A stretch of 64,000 bases of DNA from Rhynchopus sp. YZ270_cl-10. Lineage: Eukaryota. Position 1 is the stretch's first letter; each line of letters starts with the position of its first letter. Positions 33,037 to 43,169 of the stretch are shown piece by piece. The notes under the pieces are model-generated. The model searched no databases, was not told the origin of the DNA, and was given only the letters and a program-made list of their open reading frames with translations. Made by a program: the position numbers and the translations under genes. The stretch is taken from the NCBI GenBank assembly GCA_964035575.1, contig OZ037833.1, positions 806,001-870,000 on the forward strand, read 5' to 3'.

Positions 33037-34252
33037 AGAAAAAAAGGGGAGGCAGGGCGTCGTGCGCGCGCGAAGCGCGTCTTATCCCCTTCCTGGTATC
33101 ATTGTGAGGATATAGCGAGGTAAAGTTTCAGACCGTGCCCCCAATTCCCTCAATCTTTGCACCATTTGACGGACCGAACAAAGAGTGTGAATAAGGGATC
33201 GGCAAAAATAAAAAAAGTAGCGTACCGTGCGCCTGCGGCGCAAAACTTATGAGCGGAATCCACAGCCCTCTACCATAGTTTGTCTGTAAAAATGTTTGAT
33301 TTTAAGTCACAATTTTTGAAATGTTGCGTACCGTGGCTTCGCCAAAAAGTTTTGATATTATGACCGCCGCTTCTTCCTGTACTGAGGGAAGGCAGGCGTA
33401 GAAAAAACATGAGAAAAAGGGTTGGTTTGGTTCTTGATGTACATTACCATCCCACGTCATCACGTATTTACCTGAAATGAACGGACCTTTTCGCGCGGAG
33501 CGCGAAAAAAATTTTTTGACCCCTTTTTGGACATATCTTCATATCTTCACGGTTTTGGAAAAAAAAATTTTTCCATGAAGATAAGCGGAAACCCTGGTCA
33601 GGGCAAAAAAAAAAAAAAAAAAACTATAGATTTTTGAGGGAAAAAATCCAAAAAATAGGGTACTCTACTTGTCGCATGAGGGGGTCTGAGAAGGATGAGG
33701 AACTACTATGTGACCCCACCGCGACGAGCACGAAGCTCAATGAAGGCAGAATGCCCTCAAACGCGCGTTCCACCCCGATCAAACCCGAACCCAAGAGGGA
33801 TGCCAAACTCGACCTAGCCGTTGGTTACTGGCGCGAGCTGACGATCCAGATGTTGGATCAACTCGCTGGGTGACACACCAAAGAGGGGCTCAGACAGTGA
33901 CAAGTGTTGCCGGGGATACGGAACGCCCTCCGACGTTTGCTCGAAGGGGAGACCTGCCCAGAGAGAGTACCTGAACTGGCGAGGGCCTACGCACACATTC
34001 CACACCTCCATTGCGCAACCCTACCTTGATGACCTCATCGCCAGTGTCAAGGGCAACATGCATTCCGCGGGGATGGTACAACACTTGTGTATCATCAACG
34101 TGTACCATTTTGTGAAACGCGCCTTCTCATTCTGCATGTGTTTGTCTTCACAAGAGCTTTTCCGCCGAAGGCGGAAAAGCTCGGTACCTGACCCGATTTA
34201 ACAGAATTTGACCCGATTTTGCCCCAAACCCATATTCCAAGCTCCTGCCCTG
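32829..34252. mobile_element. 1.4-kb non-autonomous hAT-like element, 8-bp TSD GATAACTG
   Basis: GATAACTG|CAGGGGAGGAGCTTGG ... CCAAGCTCCTGCCCTG|GATAACTG; subterminal TGACCCGATTT repeats. Confidence 0.85.
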
Positions 34253-34420
34253 GATAACTGTACAAAAGCAAAAAAAAAATAAAAAGCTTGAAAAGCGAAC
34301 AACACAAAAAAAAAAATTAACTTTGACTGAGAATCATATCAATCAAACCAAACAACACAACCACTGCTTGCAGCAGGCCTCCTTGACCTGCAGCAGGGTT
34401 GCATCAATACGTCAGACACT

Positions 34421-35605
34421 TCACTGGGAACGGTACTTCTTCGACACAGCACGTGTCGCAGTCGCGAAGGCCTCCTTGCGGGGAAGGCCAGACTTCATGG
34501 CAGCCGTGTACTCAGCGGGGAAGTGCTTCTTCGTGAAGAGCGCGTACTTGGTAGCAGGCTTCTTCAGGCTCTGGCGGATGTCGGTCCTCTTGGCCAAGTT
34601 CTTTGCTGCCTCGGCCCCGAGCACTCCACGCTGCTGGGCGGAGAGTGCTGCCCACTTCGTGTTCACATCCTTCAGGGTCAGCTTCGTTCCCTTCATCGTC
34701 TTCTGGATGAACAGGGTGCGTGCGGAGACAGGTCCGCTCGATGCGATCTTGGCCTTCGTGGCCTTCTTCTCGTTGACACGAGCCTTGAGGGCAGCTTTCT
34801 TGTCTTTGGCAGCCTGTCTCTTCTTCGCCAGACGAGCCCTGAGAGCAGCCTTCTTTGCCTTCTTGACCTGCTTTGCCTTGGCAACACGAGCCTTGAGAGC
34901 AGCCTTCTTGGCCTTCTTGACCTGCTTTGCCTTGGAAACACGAGCCTTAAGGGCGGCTTTCTTGGCCTTGTGAGCAGCCTTCTTGTCCTTCTTGACCTGT
35001 GCCTTCTTCGCAACACGAGCCTTAAGAGCAGCCTTCTTGGCCTTGACAGCCTGTGCCTTCTTCGCAACACGAGCCTTCAGGGCAGCCTTCTTGGCCTTGA
35101 CAGCCTGTGCCTTCTTCGCAACACGAGCCTTAAGAGCAGCCTTCTTGGCCTTGACAGCCTGTGCCTTCTTCGCAACACGAGCCTTAAGAGCAGCCTTCTT
35201 GGCCTTGACAGCCTGTGCCTTCTTCGCAACACGAGCCTTCAGGGCAGCCTTCTTGGCCTTGACAGCCTGTGCCTTCTTCGCAGCACGAGCCTTAAGAGCA
35301 GCCTTCTTGGCAGACTTGTTCGCCTTCTTCACAATCTTCTTCACCTTCTTTGCCTTCTTTGCCTGCACCTTCTTGGCCTTCTTCACAACCTTCTTGGCTG
35401 CCTTCTTCACAACCTTCTTCGCGACCTTCTTCACTGCCTTCTTGGCCGGCTTCACCTTCTTGGCAGACACCTTCTTCGACGCAGACTTCTTCGCCACAGG
35501 CTTCTTTGCTGCCTTGGTCACCTTGCTGCGCATCTGCACGGCACCCACCTGCACAGCAGGGAGCACGAACTTCGCCTGGCGCGCAATGGAACGAAGAGAC
35601 ATCAT
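34421..35605 (-). CDS. KAP/H1-like mitochondrial DNA-binding protein, copy 2, 394 aa
   Basis: Near-identical to copy 1 and the same length, with a different mix of 54-bp repeat types. Confidence 0.85.
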   Translation of the reverse strand: MMSLRSIARQAKFVLPAVQVGAVQMRSKVTKAAKKPVAKKSASKKVSAKKVKPAKKAVKKVAKKVVKKAAKKVVKKAKKVQAKKAKKVKKIVKKANKSAKKAALKARAAKKAQAVKAKKAALKARVAKKAQAVKAKKAALKARVAKKAQAVKAKKAALKARVAKKAQAVKAKKAALKARVAKKAQAVKAKKAALKARVAKKAQVKKDKKAAHKAKKAALKARVSKAKQVKKAKKAALKARVAKAKQVKKAKKAALRARLAKKRQAAKDKKAALKARVNEKKATKAKIASSGPVSARTLFIQKTMKGTKLTLKDVNTKWAALSAQQRGVLGAEAAKNLAKRTDIRQSLKKPATKYALFTKKHFPAEYTAAMKSGLPRKEAFATATRAVSKKYRSQ

Positions 35606-36188
35606 TTTGAAGTGTGAAGGGTGTGGCGGGTATATAATGTGGTGGAACTATGGTGGTGGGGGTGGGTTGTGCTGTGTCGGGTTGGGCTATTCAAAAAGTT
35701 GTGAAATGCAGGGGGGTTGTTTTCTTGTATTTGAAGTATCGAAGATACTCCGCACTGTGCGGCCTTTGAGACTAACGAACCAATGAAGTGTCCTGCCTCG
35801 AAAATGTGAAAAATGCGAAACCACACCCCAAGGTAATAAAAACAGGTAAATTTGTCTAGGTAGGTTAAGGAAATTCTGGAAAATAGGTACTATTTAGCCG
35901 CATGCGTGCCCAAATGTCCCCTATTTTCTGTCTTGTACAATACAAGGGTGTATTCGTTCTCCGGTGCTCAAACCTCGCCCCAGAAGGAGCAGAACTTATT
36001 TTTTGCCTCATTTCACGTTGTCGTGTATCGCGTCCACCTTGGTCTTTGTGAAGTACTTCTCCTCGCAGGTGTTGAAGGCGTCGAGGACACAAAAAATTCA
36101 ACTTTGACTGAGAATCATATCAATCAAACCAAACAACCACTGCTTGCAGCAGGCCTCCCTTGACCTGCAGCAGGGTTGCATCAATACG

Positions 36189-37481
36189 TCAGACACTTAA
36201 CTGGGAACGGTACTTCTTCGACACAGCACGTGTCGCAGTCGCGAAGGCCTCCTTGCGGGGAAGGCCAGACTTCATGGCAGCCGTGTACTCAGCGGGTAAG
36301 TGCTTCTTCACAAAGAGTGCGTACTTGGTAGCAGGCTTCTTCAGGCTCTGGCGGATGTCGGTCCTCTTGGCCTTATTCTTTGCTGCCTCAGCCCTGAGCA
36401 CTCCACGCTGCTGGGCGGAGAGTGCTGCCCACTTCGTGTTCACATCCTTCAGGGTCAGCTTCGTTCCCTTCATCGTCTTCTGGATGAACAGGTTGCGTGC
36501 GGAGACAGGTCCGCTCGATGCGATCTTGGCCTTCGTGGCCTTCTTCTCGTTGACACGAGCCTTGAGGGCAGCCTTCTTGTCTTTGGCAGCCTGTCTCTTC
36601 TTCGCCAGACGAGCCTTGAGGGCAGCCTTCTCTGCCTTCTGAACCTGCTTTGCCTCGGCAACACGAGCCTTGAGGGCAGCCTTCTTTGCCTTCTGAACCT
36701 GCTTTGCCTCGGCAACACGAGCCTTCAGGGCAGCCTTCTTTGCCTTCTGAACCTGCTTTGCCTCGGCAACACGAGCCTTCAGGGCAGCCTTCTCTGCCTT
36801 CTGAACCTGCTTTGCCTCGGCAACACGAGCCCTGAGAGCAGCCTTTTTTGCCTGCTTTGCCTCGGCAACACGAGCCTTCAGGGCAGCCTTCTCTGTTTGC
36901 TTGACCTGCTTTGCAACACGAGCCTTATTTGCATTTTTAGTCTGGATCTTCTCGAGGGCGGCTTTCATGGCCTTTCGAGCAGCCTTCATCTCCTTCTTGA
37001 CCTGTGCCTTCTTCGCAACACGAGCCTTCAGGGCAGCCTTCGTGGCCTTGACAGCCTGTGCCTTCTTCGCAGCACGAGCCTTAAGAGCAGCCTTCTTGGC
37101 AGCCCTCTTCGCCTTGACAGCCTGTGCCTTCATGGCAGCCTTCTTGGCAACACGAACCTTCAGGGCAGCCTTCTTCGCAGCCTTCTTCGCCTCGACAGCC
37201 TGTGCCTTCTTGGCAACCTTCTTGGCAGCGCGAGCCTTCAGGGCAGCCTTCTTCGCAGCCTTCTTCGCCTTGACAGCCTGTGCCTTCTTGGCAGCCTTCT
37301 TGGCAGCGCGAGCCTTCAGGGCAGCCTTCACCTTCTTGGAAGACACCTTCTTCGACGCAGACTTCTTCGCCACAGGCTTCTTTGCTGCCTTGGTCACCTT
37401 GCTGTGCACCTGCACGACACCCACCTGCACAGCAGGGAGCACGAACTTCGCCTGGCGCGCAATGGAACGAAGAGACATCAT
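36189..37481 (-). CDS. KAP/H1-like mitochondrial DNA-binding protein, copy 3, 430 aa
   Basis: Same N- and C-terminal domains; Glu-containing repeats (ARVAEAKQVQKA); TGA>TTA extends the C-terminus by LSV. Confidence 0.82.
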   Translation of the reverse strand: MMSLRSIARQAKFVLPAVQVGVVQVHSKVTKAAKKPVAKKSASKKVSSKKVKAALKARAAKKAAKKAQAVKAKKAAKKAALKARAAKKVAKKAQAVEAKKAAKKAALKVRVAKKAAMKAQAVKAKRAAKKAALKARAAKKAQAVKATKAALKARVAKKAQVKKEMKAARKAMKAALEKIQTKNANKARVAKQVKQTEKAALKARVAEAKQAKKAALRARVAEAKQVQKAEKAALKARVAEAKQVQKAKKAALKARVAEAKQVQKAKKAALKARVAEAKQVQKAEKAALKARLAKKRQAAKDKKAALKARVNEKKATKAKIASSGPVSARNLFIQKTMKGTKLTLKDVNTKWAALSAQQRGVLRAEAAKNKAKRTDIRQSLKKPATKYALFVKKHLPAEYTAAMKSGLPRKEAFATATRAVSKKYRSQLSV

Positions 37482-37536
37482 TTTGAAGTGTGAAGGGTGT
37501 GGCGGCTATATAATGTGGTGGAACTGTGGTGGTGGG

Positions 37537-38853
37537 CAGGTGTAGCCGTAATTCCGGGGGTCAAAACCCGCGATCCCCGATCCCCGATCCCCGGCTTAAT
37601 TTAGGGGGGTTTTTTATATCATACATTCCATGACTTTGCGTATAGAAAAGCCTGTTTCTGGAGCCAGTTTAAAGTGATAAAAAATCCGCCAAAAAAATGT
37701 TGCGACCCCTGATTTTTTTTCAGATCGATCCGGAAATTCACTTCCGCTCATTTTCGGGGATCAACAATGCACGGCCTGGGTCGCAAATGCAACTGTCCGT
37801 GGACAGATGGATTTCATGAATTTTTTACCCCGATTTTTTTTTCGATTTTTATTTCTTTGGAAAGATCGGTTACGAAAACGTTCAATTCCGGGGTCGCACG
37901 ATTTTTTTTATGCCTCTGTGGCTGGTTAGGTGATTTTTGGCTGTGGTACCCCCTTTGGGAACGTTTCTATGCAGGTTTCTTAAGGACTTCCTTAAGAAAA
38001 CCTCCTCTTTTAGTCGCAACACAGTGGTGTTTGTAAATTGATTTTTTTTTTGGAGAAAGTTTTCGATTTTTGTTTCTTTGAATTTATTTTTTACAAATCC
38101 TTCAATTCGGACAAATTTTTTACCTCGGAAACACACTCCACGGTACGCAACTTTTGGTGGAGCCGACCCCCTTTTCTGCACTGAAATCGCTATACGTTAC
38201 TGTATAAAGACCCATGGAGCCACTTTAAATTGACTTCTACTCCACTAAAGTGGTCGATTTTTTTAATGGTAAAAAGCGGGGAGCTCGGAAATTCACTTCC
38301 GCTGGTTTTCGGGTGGGAAAAATTACATGCCACACACCCACCTCACCGAGAGCCAAAACAAAAATAAGCTCGCCTCTGGTGTGGCGCCTTAACCGATTCC
38401 CCGTGGTTCTACCGTGTTTCTACCAGTTGTCGCTCCGTAAAGGGGGGGTTCCAGATGTTGGAAAAATTTCTTTTTTTTCGCTGGTGAGCTTTTAAACGCC
38501 GGCATTTGCATTTCCGGAATCCGTCCGGCCAGTGGTGGGGTCAATTTGCCGAAATGGACAAGTTCTTGTTTTTGGTCAATTTCCGCACACAGTATACACA
38601 AGGGATTGTTCGGGTGCCTATATTTTTTTTTGGCCCAACCGCCTCGCAAGAAAGCAGGGTATTTTTCCACCCCCAGAAAATGCCGTTATTGGAAAGATTG
38701 GGACCCTCTGAATCCAAATCCGTGTTCCGGCCCAGGATTCAAATTGATCCTTAAATCTAATATTGCTAAGGCAGCATTTCCCATGCAGTTTGTTAGGGGG
38801 GAAATCTGGGAATTTTGGCCCAGGGATCGATCCCCGACTTACGGCTACACCTG
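37537..38853. mobile_element. 1.3-kb non-autonomous hAT-like element, 8-bp TSD GTGGTGGG, inserted 55 bp upstream of copy 3
   Basis: GTGGTGGG|CAGGTGTAGCCGTAA ... TTACGGCTACACCTG|GTGGTGGG; the empty site is visible upstream of the other four copies. Confidence 0.92.
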
Positions 38854-39035
38854 GTGGTGGGGGTGGGTTGTGCTCTGTCGGGTTGGGCTATTCAAAAAGT
38901 TGTGAAATGCAGGGGGGTTGTTTTCTTGTATTTGAAGTATCGAAGATACTCCGCACTGTGCGGCCTTTGAGACTAACGAACCAATGAAGTGTCCTGCCTC
39001 GAAAATGTGAAAAATGCGAAACCACACCCCAAGGT

Positions 39036-39335
39036 TGAGGTGATCCAGCGCACACTTTTCCACACGTTTTCACACCGTGAAAACGTGTGAAAACAAGTGA
39101 AAACTTGTGAAACCAAGGAGAAAATGTGTGAAACCAAGTGAAAATATGTGAAACCATGTGAAAACACCAAGTTTTTTTTCTGGAGGAATCCACTCAGAGT
39201 GCGTGAAGCAGTATTTTTCTCACTTTCGTACACACTTTTTCACACCGTGAAACCATGTGAAAATGTGTGAAACCAAGTGAAAGTGTGTGAAACCAAGTGA
39301 AAATGTGTGAAAAAGCGTGAGACTGGATCACCTCA
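39036..39335. mobile_element. 300-bp MITE, TG...CA termini, 5-bp TSD AAGGT
   Basis: AAGGT|TGAGGTGATCCAG ... CTGGATCACCTCA|AAGGT; empty site CCCCAAGGTAATAAAA at ~35830, ~40895 and ~42585; internal GTGAAA repeats. Confidence 0.92.
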
Positions 39336-39702
39336 AAGGTAATAAAAACAGGTAAATTTGTCTAGGTAGGTTAAGGAAATTTTGGAAAATAGGTACTATT
39401 TAGCCGCATGCGTGCCCAAATGTCCCCTATTTTCTGTCTTGTACAATACAAGGGTGTATTCGTTCTCCCGTGCTCAAACCTCGCCCCAGAAGGAGCAGAA
39501 CTTATTTTTTGCCTCATTTCACGTTGTCGTGTATCGCGTCCACCTTGGTCTTTGTGAAGTACTTCTCCTCGCAGGTGTTGAAGGCGTCGAGGACACAAAA
39601 AATTCAACTTTGACTGAGAATCATATCAATCAAACCAAACAACCACTGCTTGCAGCAGGCCTCCTTGACCTGCAGCAGGGTTGCATCAATACGTCAGACA
39701 CT

Positions 39703-40671
39703 TCACTGGGAACGGTACTTCTTCGACACAGCACGTGTCGCAGTCGCGAAGGCCTCCTTGCGGGGAAGGCCAGACTTCATGGCAGCCGTGTACTCAGCGG
39801 GGAAGTGCTTCTTCACAAAGAGTGCGTACTTGGTAGCAGGCTTCTTCAGGCTCTGGCGGATGTCGGTCCTCTTGGCCAAGTTCTTTGCTGCCTCAGCCCC
39901 GAGCACTCCACGCTGCTGGGCGGAGAGTGCTGCCCACTTCGTGTTCACATCCTTCAGGGTCAGCTTCGTTCCCTTCATCGTCTTCTGGATGAACAGGGTG
40001 CGTGCGGAGACAGGTCCGCTCGATGCGATCTTGGCCTTCGTGGCCTTCTTCTCGTTGACATGAGCCTTGAGAGCAGCCTTCTCTGCCTTCTGAACCTGCT
40101 TTGCCTCGGCAACACGAGCCCTGAGAGCAGCCTTTTTTGCCTTCTGAACCTGCTTTGCCTCGTCAACACGAGCCTTCAGGGCAGCCTTCTCTGTTTGCTT
40201 GACCTGCTTTGCAACACGAGCCTTATTTGCCTGTTTAGTCTGGATCTTCTTGAGGGCGGCTTTCATGGCCTTTCGAGCAGCCTTCATCTCCTTCTTGACC
40301 TGTGCCTTCTTCGCAACACGAGCCTTAAGAGCAGCCTTCTTCGCCTTGACAGCCTGTGCCTTCTTGGCAACCTTCTTGGCAGCGCGAGCCTTCAGGGCAC
40401 CCTTCTTCGCAGCCTTCTTCGCAGCCTTCTTCGCAGCCTTCTTCGCAGCCTTCTTCGCAGCCTTCTTCACCTTCACAGCCTGTGCCTTCTTCGCAGCGCG
40501 AGCCTTCAGGGCAGCCTTCACCTTCTTGGCAGACACCTTCTTCGACGCAGACTTCTTCGCCACAGGCTTCTTTGCTGCCTTGGTCACCTTGCTGCGCATC
40601 TGCACGGCACCCACCTGCACAGCAGGGAGCACGAACTTCGCCTGGCGCGCAATGGAACGAAGAGACATCAT
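39703..40671 (-). CDS. KAP/H1-like mitochondrial DNA-binding protein, copy 4, 322 aa
   Basis: Same architecture; (KKAA)n expansion; shortest repeat tract of the five. Confidence 0.85.
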   Translation of the reverse strand: MMSLRSIARQAKFVLPAVQVGAVQMRSKVTKAAKKPVAKKSASKKVSAKKVKAALKARAAKKAQAVKVKKAAKKAAKKAAKKAAKKAAKKGALKARAAKKVAKKAQAVKAKKAALKARVAKKAQVKKEMKAARKAMKAALKKIQTKQANKARVAKQVKQTEKAALKARVDEAKQVQKAKKAALRARVAEAKQVQKAEKAALKAHVNEKKATKAKIASSGPVSARTLFIQKTMKGTKLTLKDVNTKWAALSAQQRGVLGAEAAKNLAKRTDIRQSLKKPATKYALFVKKHFPAEYTAAMKSGLPRKEAFATATRAVSKKYRSQ

Positions 40672-41254
40672 TTTGAAGTGTGAAGGGTGTGGCGGGTATA
40701 TAATGTGGTGGAACTATGGTGGTGGGGGTGGGTTGTGCTGTGTCGGGTTGGGCTATTCAAAAAGTTGTGAAATGCAGGGGGGTTGTTTTCTTGTATTTGA
40801 AGTATCGAAGATACTCCGCACTGTGCGGCCTTTGAGACTAACGAACCAATGAAGTGTCCTGCCTCGAAAATGTGAAAAATGCGAAACCACACCCCAAGGT
40901 AATAAAAACAGGTAAATTTGTCTAGGTAGGTTAAGGAAATTCTGGAAAATAGGTACTATTTAGCCGCATGCGTGCCCAAATGTCCCCTATTTTCTGTCTT
41001 GTACAATACAAGGGTGTATTCGTTCTCCGGTGCTCAAACCTCGCCCCAGAAGGAGCAGAACTTATTTTTTGCCTCATTTCACGTTGTCGTGTATCGCGTC
41101 CACCTTGGTCTTTGTGAAGTACTTCTCCTCGCAGGTGTTGAAGGCGTCGAGGACACAAAAAATTCAACTTTGACTGAGAATCATATCAATCAAACCAAAC
41201 AACCACTGCTTGCAGCAGGCCTCCCTTGACCTGCAGCAGGGTTGCATCAATACG

Positions 41255-42361
41255 TCAGACACTTAACTGGGAACGGTACTTCTTCGACACAGCACGTGTC
41301 GCAGTCGCGAAGGCCTCCTTGCGGGGAAGGCCAGACTTCATGGCAGCCGTGTACTCAGCGGGTAAGTGCTTCTTCACAAAGAGTGCGTACTTGGTAGCAG
41401 GCTTCTTCAGGCTCTGGCGGATGTCGGTCCTCTTGGCCTTATTCTTTGCTGCCTCAGCCCTGAGCACTCCACGCTGCTGGGCGGAGAGTGCTGCCCACTT
41501 CGTGATCACATCCTTCAGGGTCAGCTTCGTTCCCTTCATCGTCTTCTGGATGAACAGGGTGCGTGCGGAGACAGGTCCGCTCGATGCGATCTTGGCCTTC
41601 GTGGCCTTCTTCTCGTTGACACGAGCCTTGAGGGCAGCCTTCTTGTCTTTGGCAGCCTGTCTCTTCTTCGCCAGACGAGCCTTGAGGGCAGCCTTCTTGG
41701 CCTTGACAGCCTGCTTTCTCTTCGCAACACGAGCCCTGAGAGCAGCCTTCTTTGCCTTCTGAACCTGCTTTGCCTCGGCAACACAAGCCTTCAGGGCAGC
41801 CTTCTTTGCCTTCTGAACCTGCTTTGCCTCGGCAACACAAGCCTTCAGGGCAGCCTTCTTTGCCTTCTGAACCTGCTTTGCCTCGGCAACACGAGCCCTG
41901 AGAGCCTTCTTTGCCTTCTGGACCTGCTTTACCTCGGCAACACGAGCCTTCTTTGCCTTTTCAGTCTGGATCTTCTTGAGGGCGGCTTTCATGTCCTTGC
42001 GAGCAGCCTTCATGTCCTTGACAGCCTGTGCCTTCATGGCAGCCTTCTTGGAAGCGAGAGCCATCAGGGCAGCCTTCTTCGCAGCCTTCTTCGCCTTGAC
42101 AGCCTGTGCCTTCTTGGCAGCACGAGCCTTAAGAGCAGCCTTCTTCGCCTTCACGGCCTGTGCCTTATTCACAGCCTTCTTGGCAGCGCGAGCCTTCAGG
42201 GCAGCCTTCACCTTCTTGGAAGACACCTTCTTCGACGCAGACTTCTTCGCCACAGGCTTCTTTGCTGCCTTGGTCACCTTGCTGTGCACCTGCACGACAC
42301 CCACCTGCACAGCAGGGAGCACGAACTTCGCCTGGCGCGCAATGGAACGAAGAGACATCAT
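41255..42361 (-). CDS. KAP/H1-like mitochondrial DNA-binding protein, copy 5, 368 aa
   Basis: Same architecture; shares VVQVHS, NKAK, HLP and the LSV extension with copy 3. Confidence 0.85.
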   Translation of the reverse strand: MMSLRSIARQAKFVLPAVQVGVVQVHSKVTKAAKKPVAKKSASKKVSSKKVKAALKARAAKKAVNKAQAVKAKKAALKARAAKKAQAVKAKKAAKKAALMALASKKAAMKAQAVKDMKAARKDMKAALKKIQTEKAKKARVAEVKQVQKAKKALRARVAEAKQVQKAKKAALKACVAEAKQVQKAKKAALKACVAEAKQVQKAKKAALRARVAKRKQAVKAKKAALKARLAKKRQAAKDKKAALKARVNEKKATKAKIASSGPVSARTLFIQKTMKGTKLTLKDVITKWAALSAQQRGVLRAEAAKNKAKRTDIRQSLKKPATKYALFVKKHLPAEYTAAMKSGLPRKEAFATATRAVSKKYRSQLSV

Positions 42362-42763
42362 TTTGAAGTGTGAAGGGTGTGACGGGTATATAATGTGGTG
42401 GAACTGTGGTGGTGGGGGTGGGTTGTGCTGTGTCGGGTTGGGCTATTCAAAAAGTTGTGAAATGCAGGGGGGTTGTTTTCTTGTATTTGAAGTATCGAAG
42501 ATACTCCGCACTGTGCGGCCTTTGAGACTAACGAACCAATGAAGTGTCCTGCCTCGAAAATGTGAAAAATGCGAAACCACACCCCAAGGTAATAAAAACA
42601 GGTAAATTTGTCTAGGTAGGTTAAGGAAATTCTGGAAAATAGGTACTATTTAGCCGCATGCGTGCCCAAATGTCCCCTATTTTCTGTCTTGTACAATACA
42701 AGGGTGTATTCGTTCTCCGGTGCTCAAACCTCGCCCCAGAAGGAGCAGAACTTATTTTTTGCC

Positions 42764-42931
42764 TCATTTCACGTTGTCGTGTATCGCGTCCACCTTGGTC
42801 TTTGTGAAGTACTTCTCCTCGCAGGTGTTGAAGGCGTCGAGGATGGGCTGGCATTTGCTTGCAAGACGCTGTTCTATGCAGCGCTGCACTGCTTCCCGTT
42901 CGCGTAGGCACGGGTGTGACCCTCTGGCTGG
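42764..42931 (-). CDS. Terminal exon of a twin-CX9C (CHCH-domain) protein, probably mitochondrial intermembrane space
   Basis: After the pyrimidine tract and acceptor TCTTCTCCCCCTCCCCACAG it reads PARGSHPCLREREAVQRCIEQRLASKCQPILDAFNTCEEKYFTKTKVDAIHDNVK*, with two exact C-X9-C motifs. There is no in-frame Met before the upstream TAA, so an upstream exon is needed. Confidence 0.8.
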   Translation of the reverse strand, partial: PARGSHPCLREREAVQRCIEQRLASKCQPILDAFNTCEEKYFTKTKVDAIHDNVK

Positions 42932-43169
42932 CTGTGGGGAGGGGGAGAAGAGTGATTATTTGAAATCTGGGGGTTGAAATTTTGAAAAAAGGTGTCGTTT
43001 GAGAAAAACAAACAAACGGACGCGCTGTGTGAAAAACGAATGTTTCTCTGCGCGTGATATTTTGTGGGGAAGAATCAAACATTATGAAAAAAGCTCGTTG
43101 CGTTCCCACTATCGTTTCCGCTGCGCTCTCACTAGCGTTCCCACTCCATTCGGTTTTCTCTTACTTTAA

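Noticed and set aside
28698..42542. Plus-strand Leu- or Phe/Ala-rich ORFs overlapping the KAP-like genes
   Set aside because: Antisense shadows of the AAG/GCC-rich repeats.
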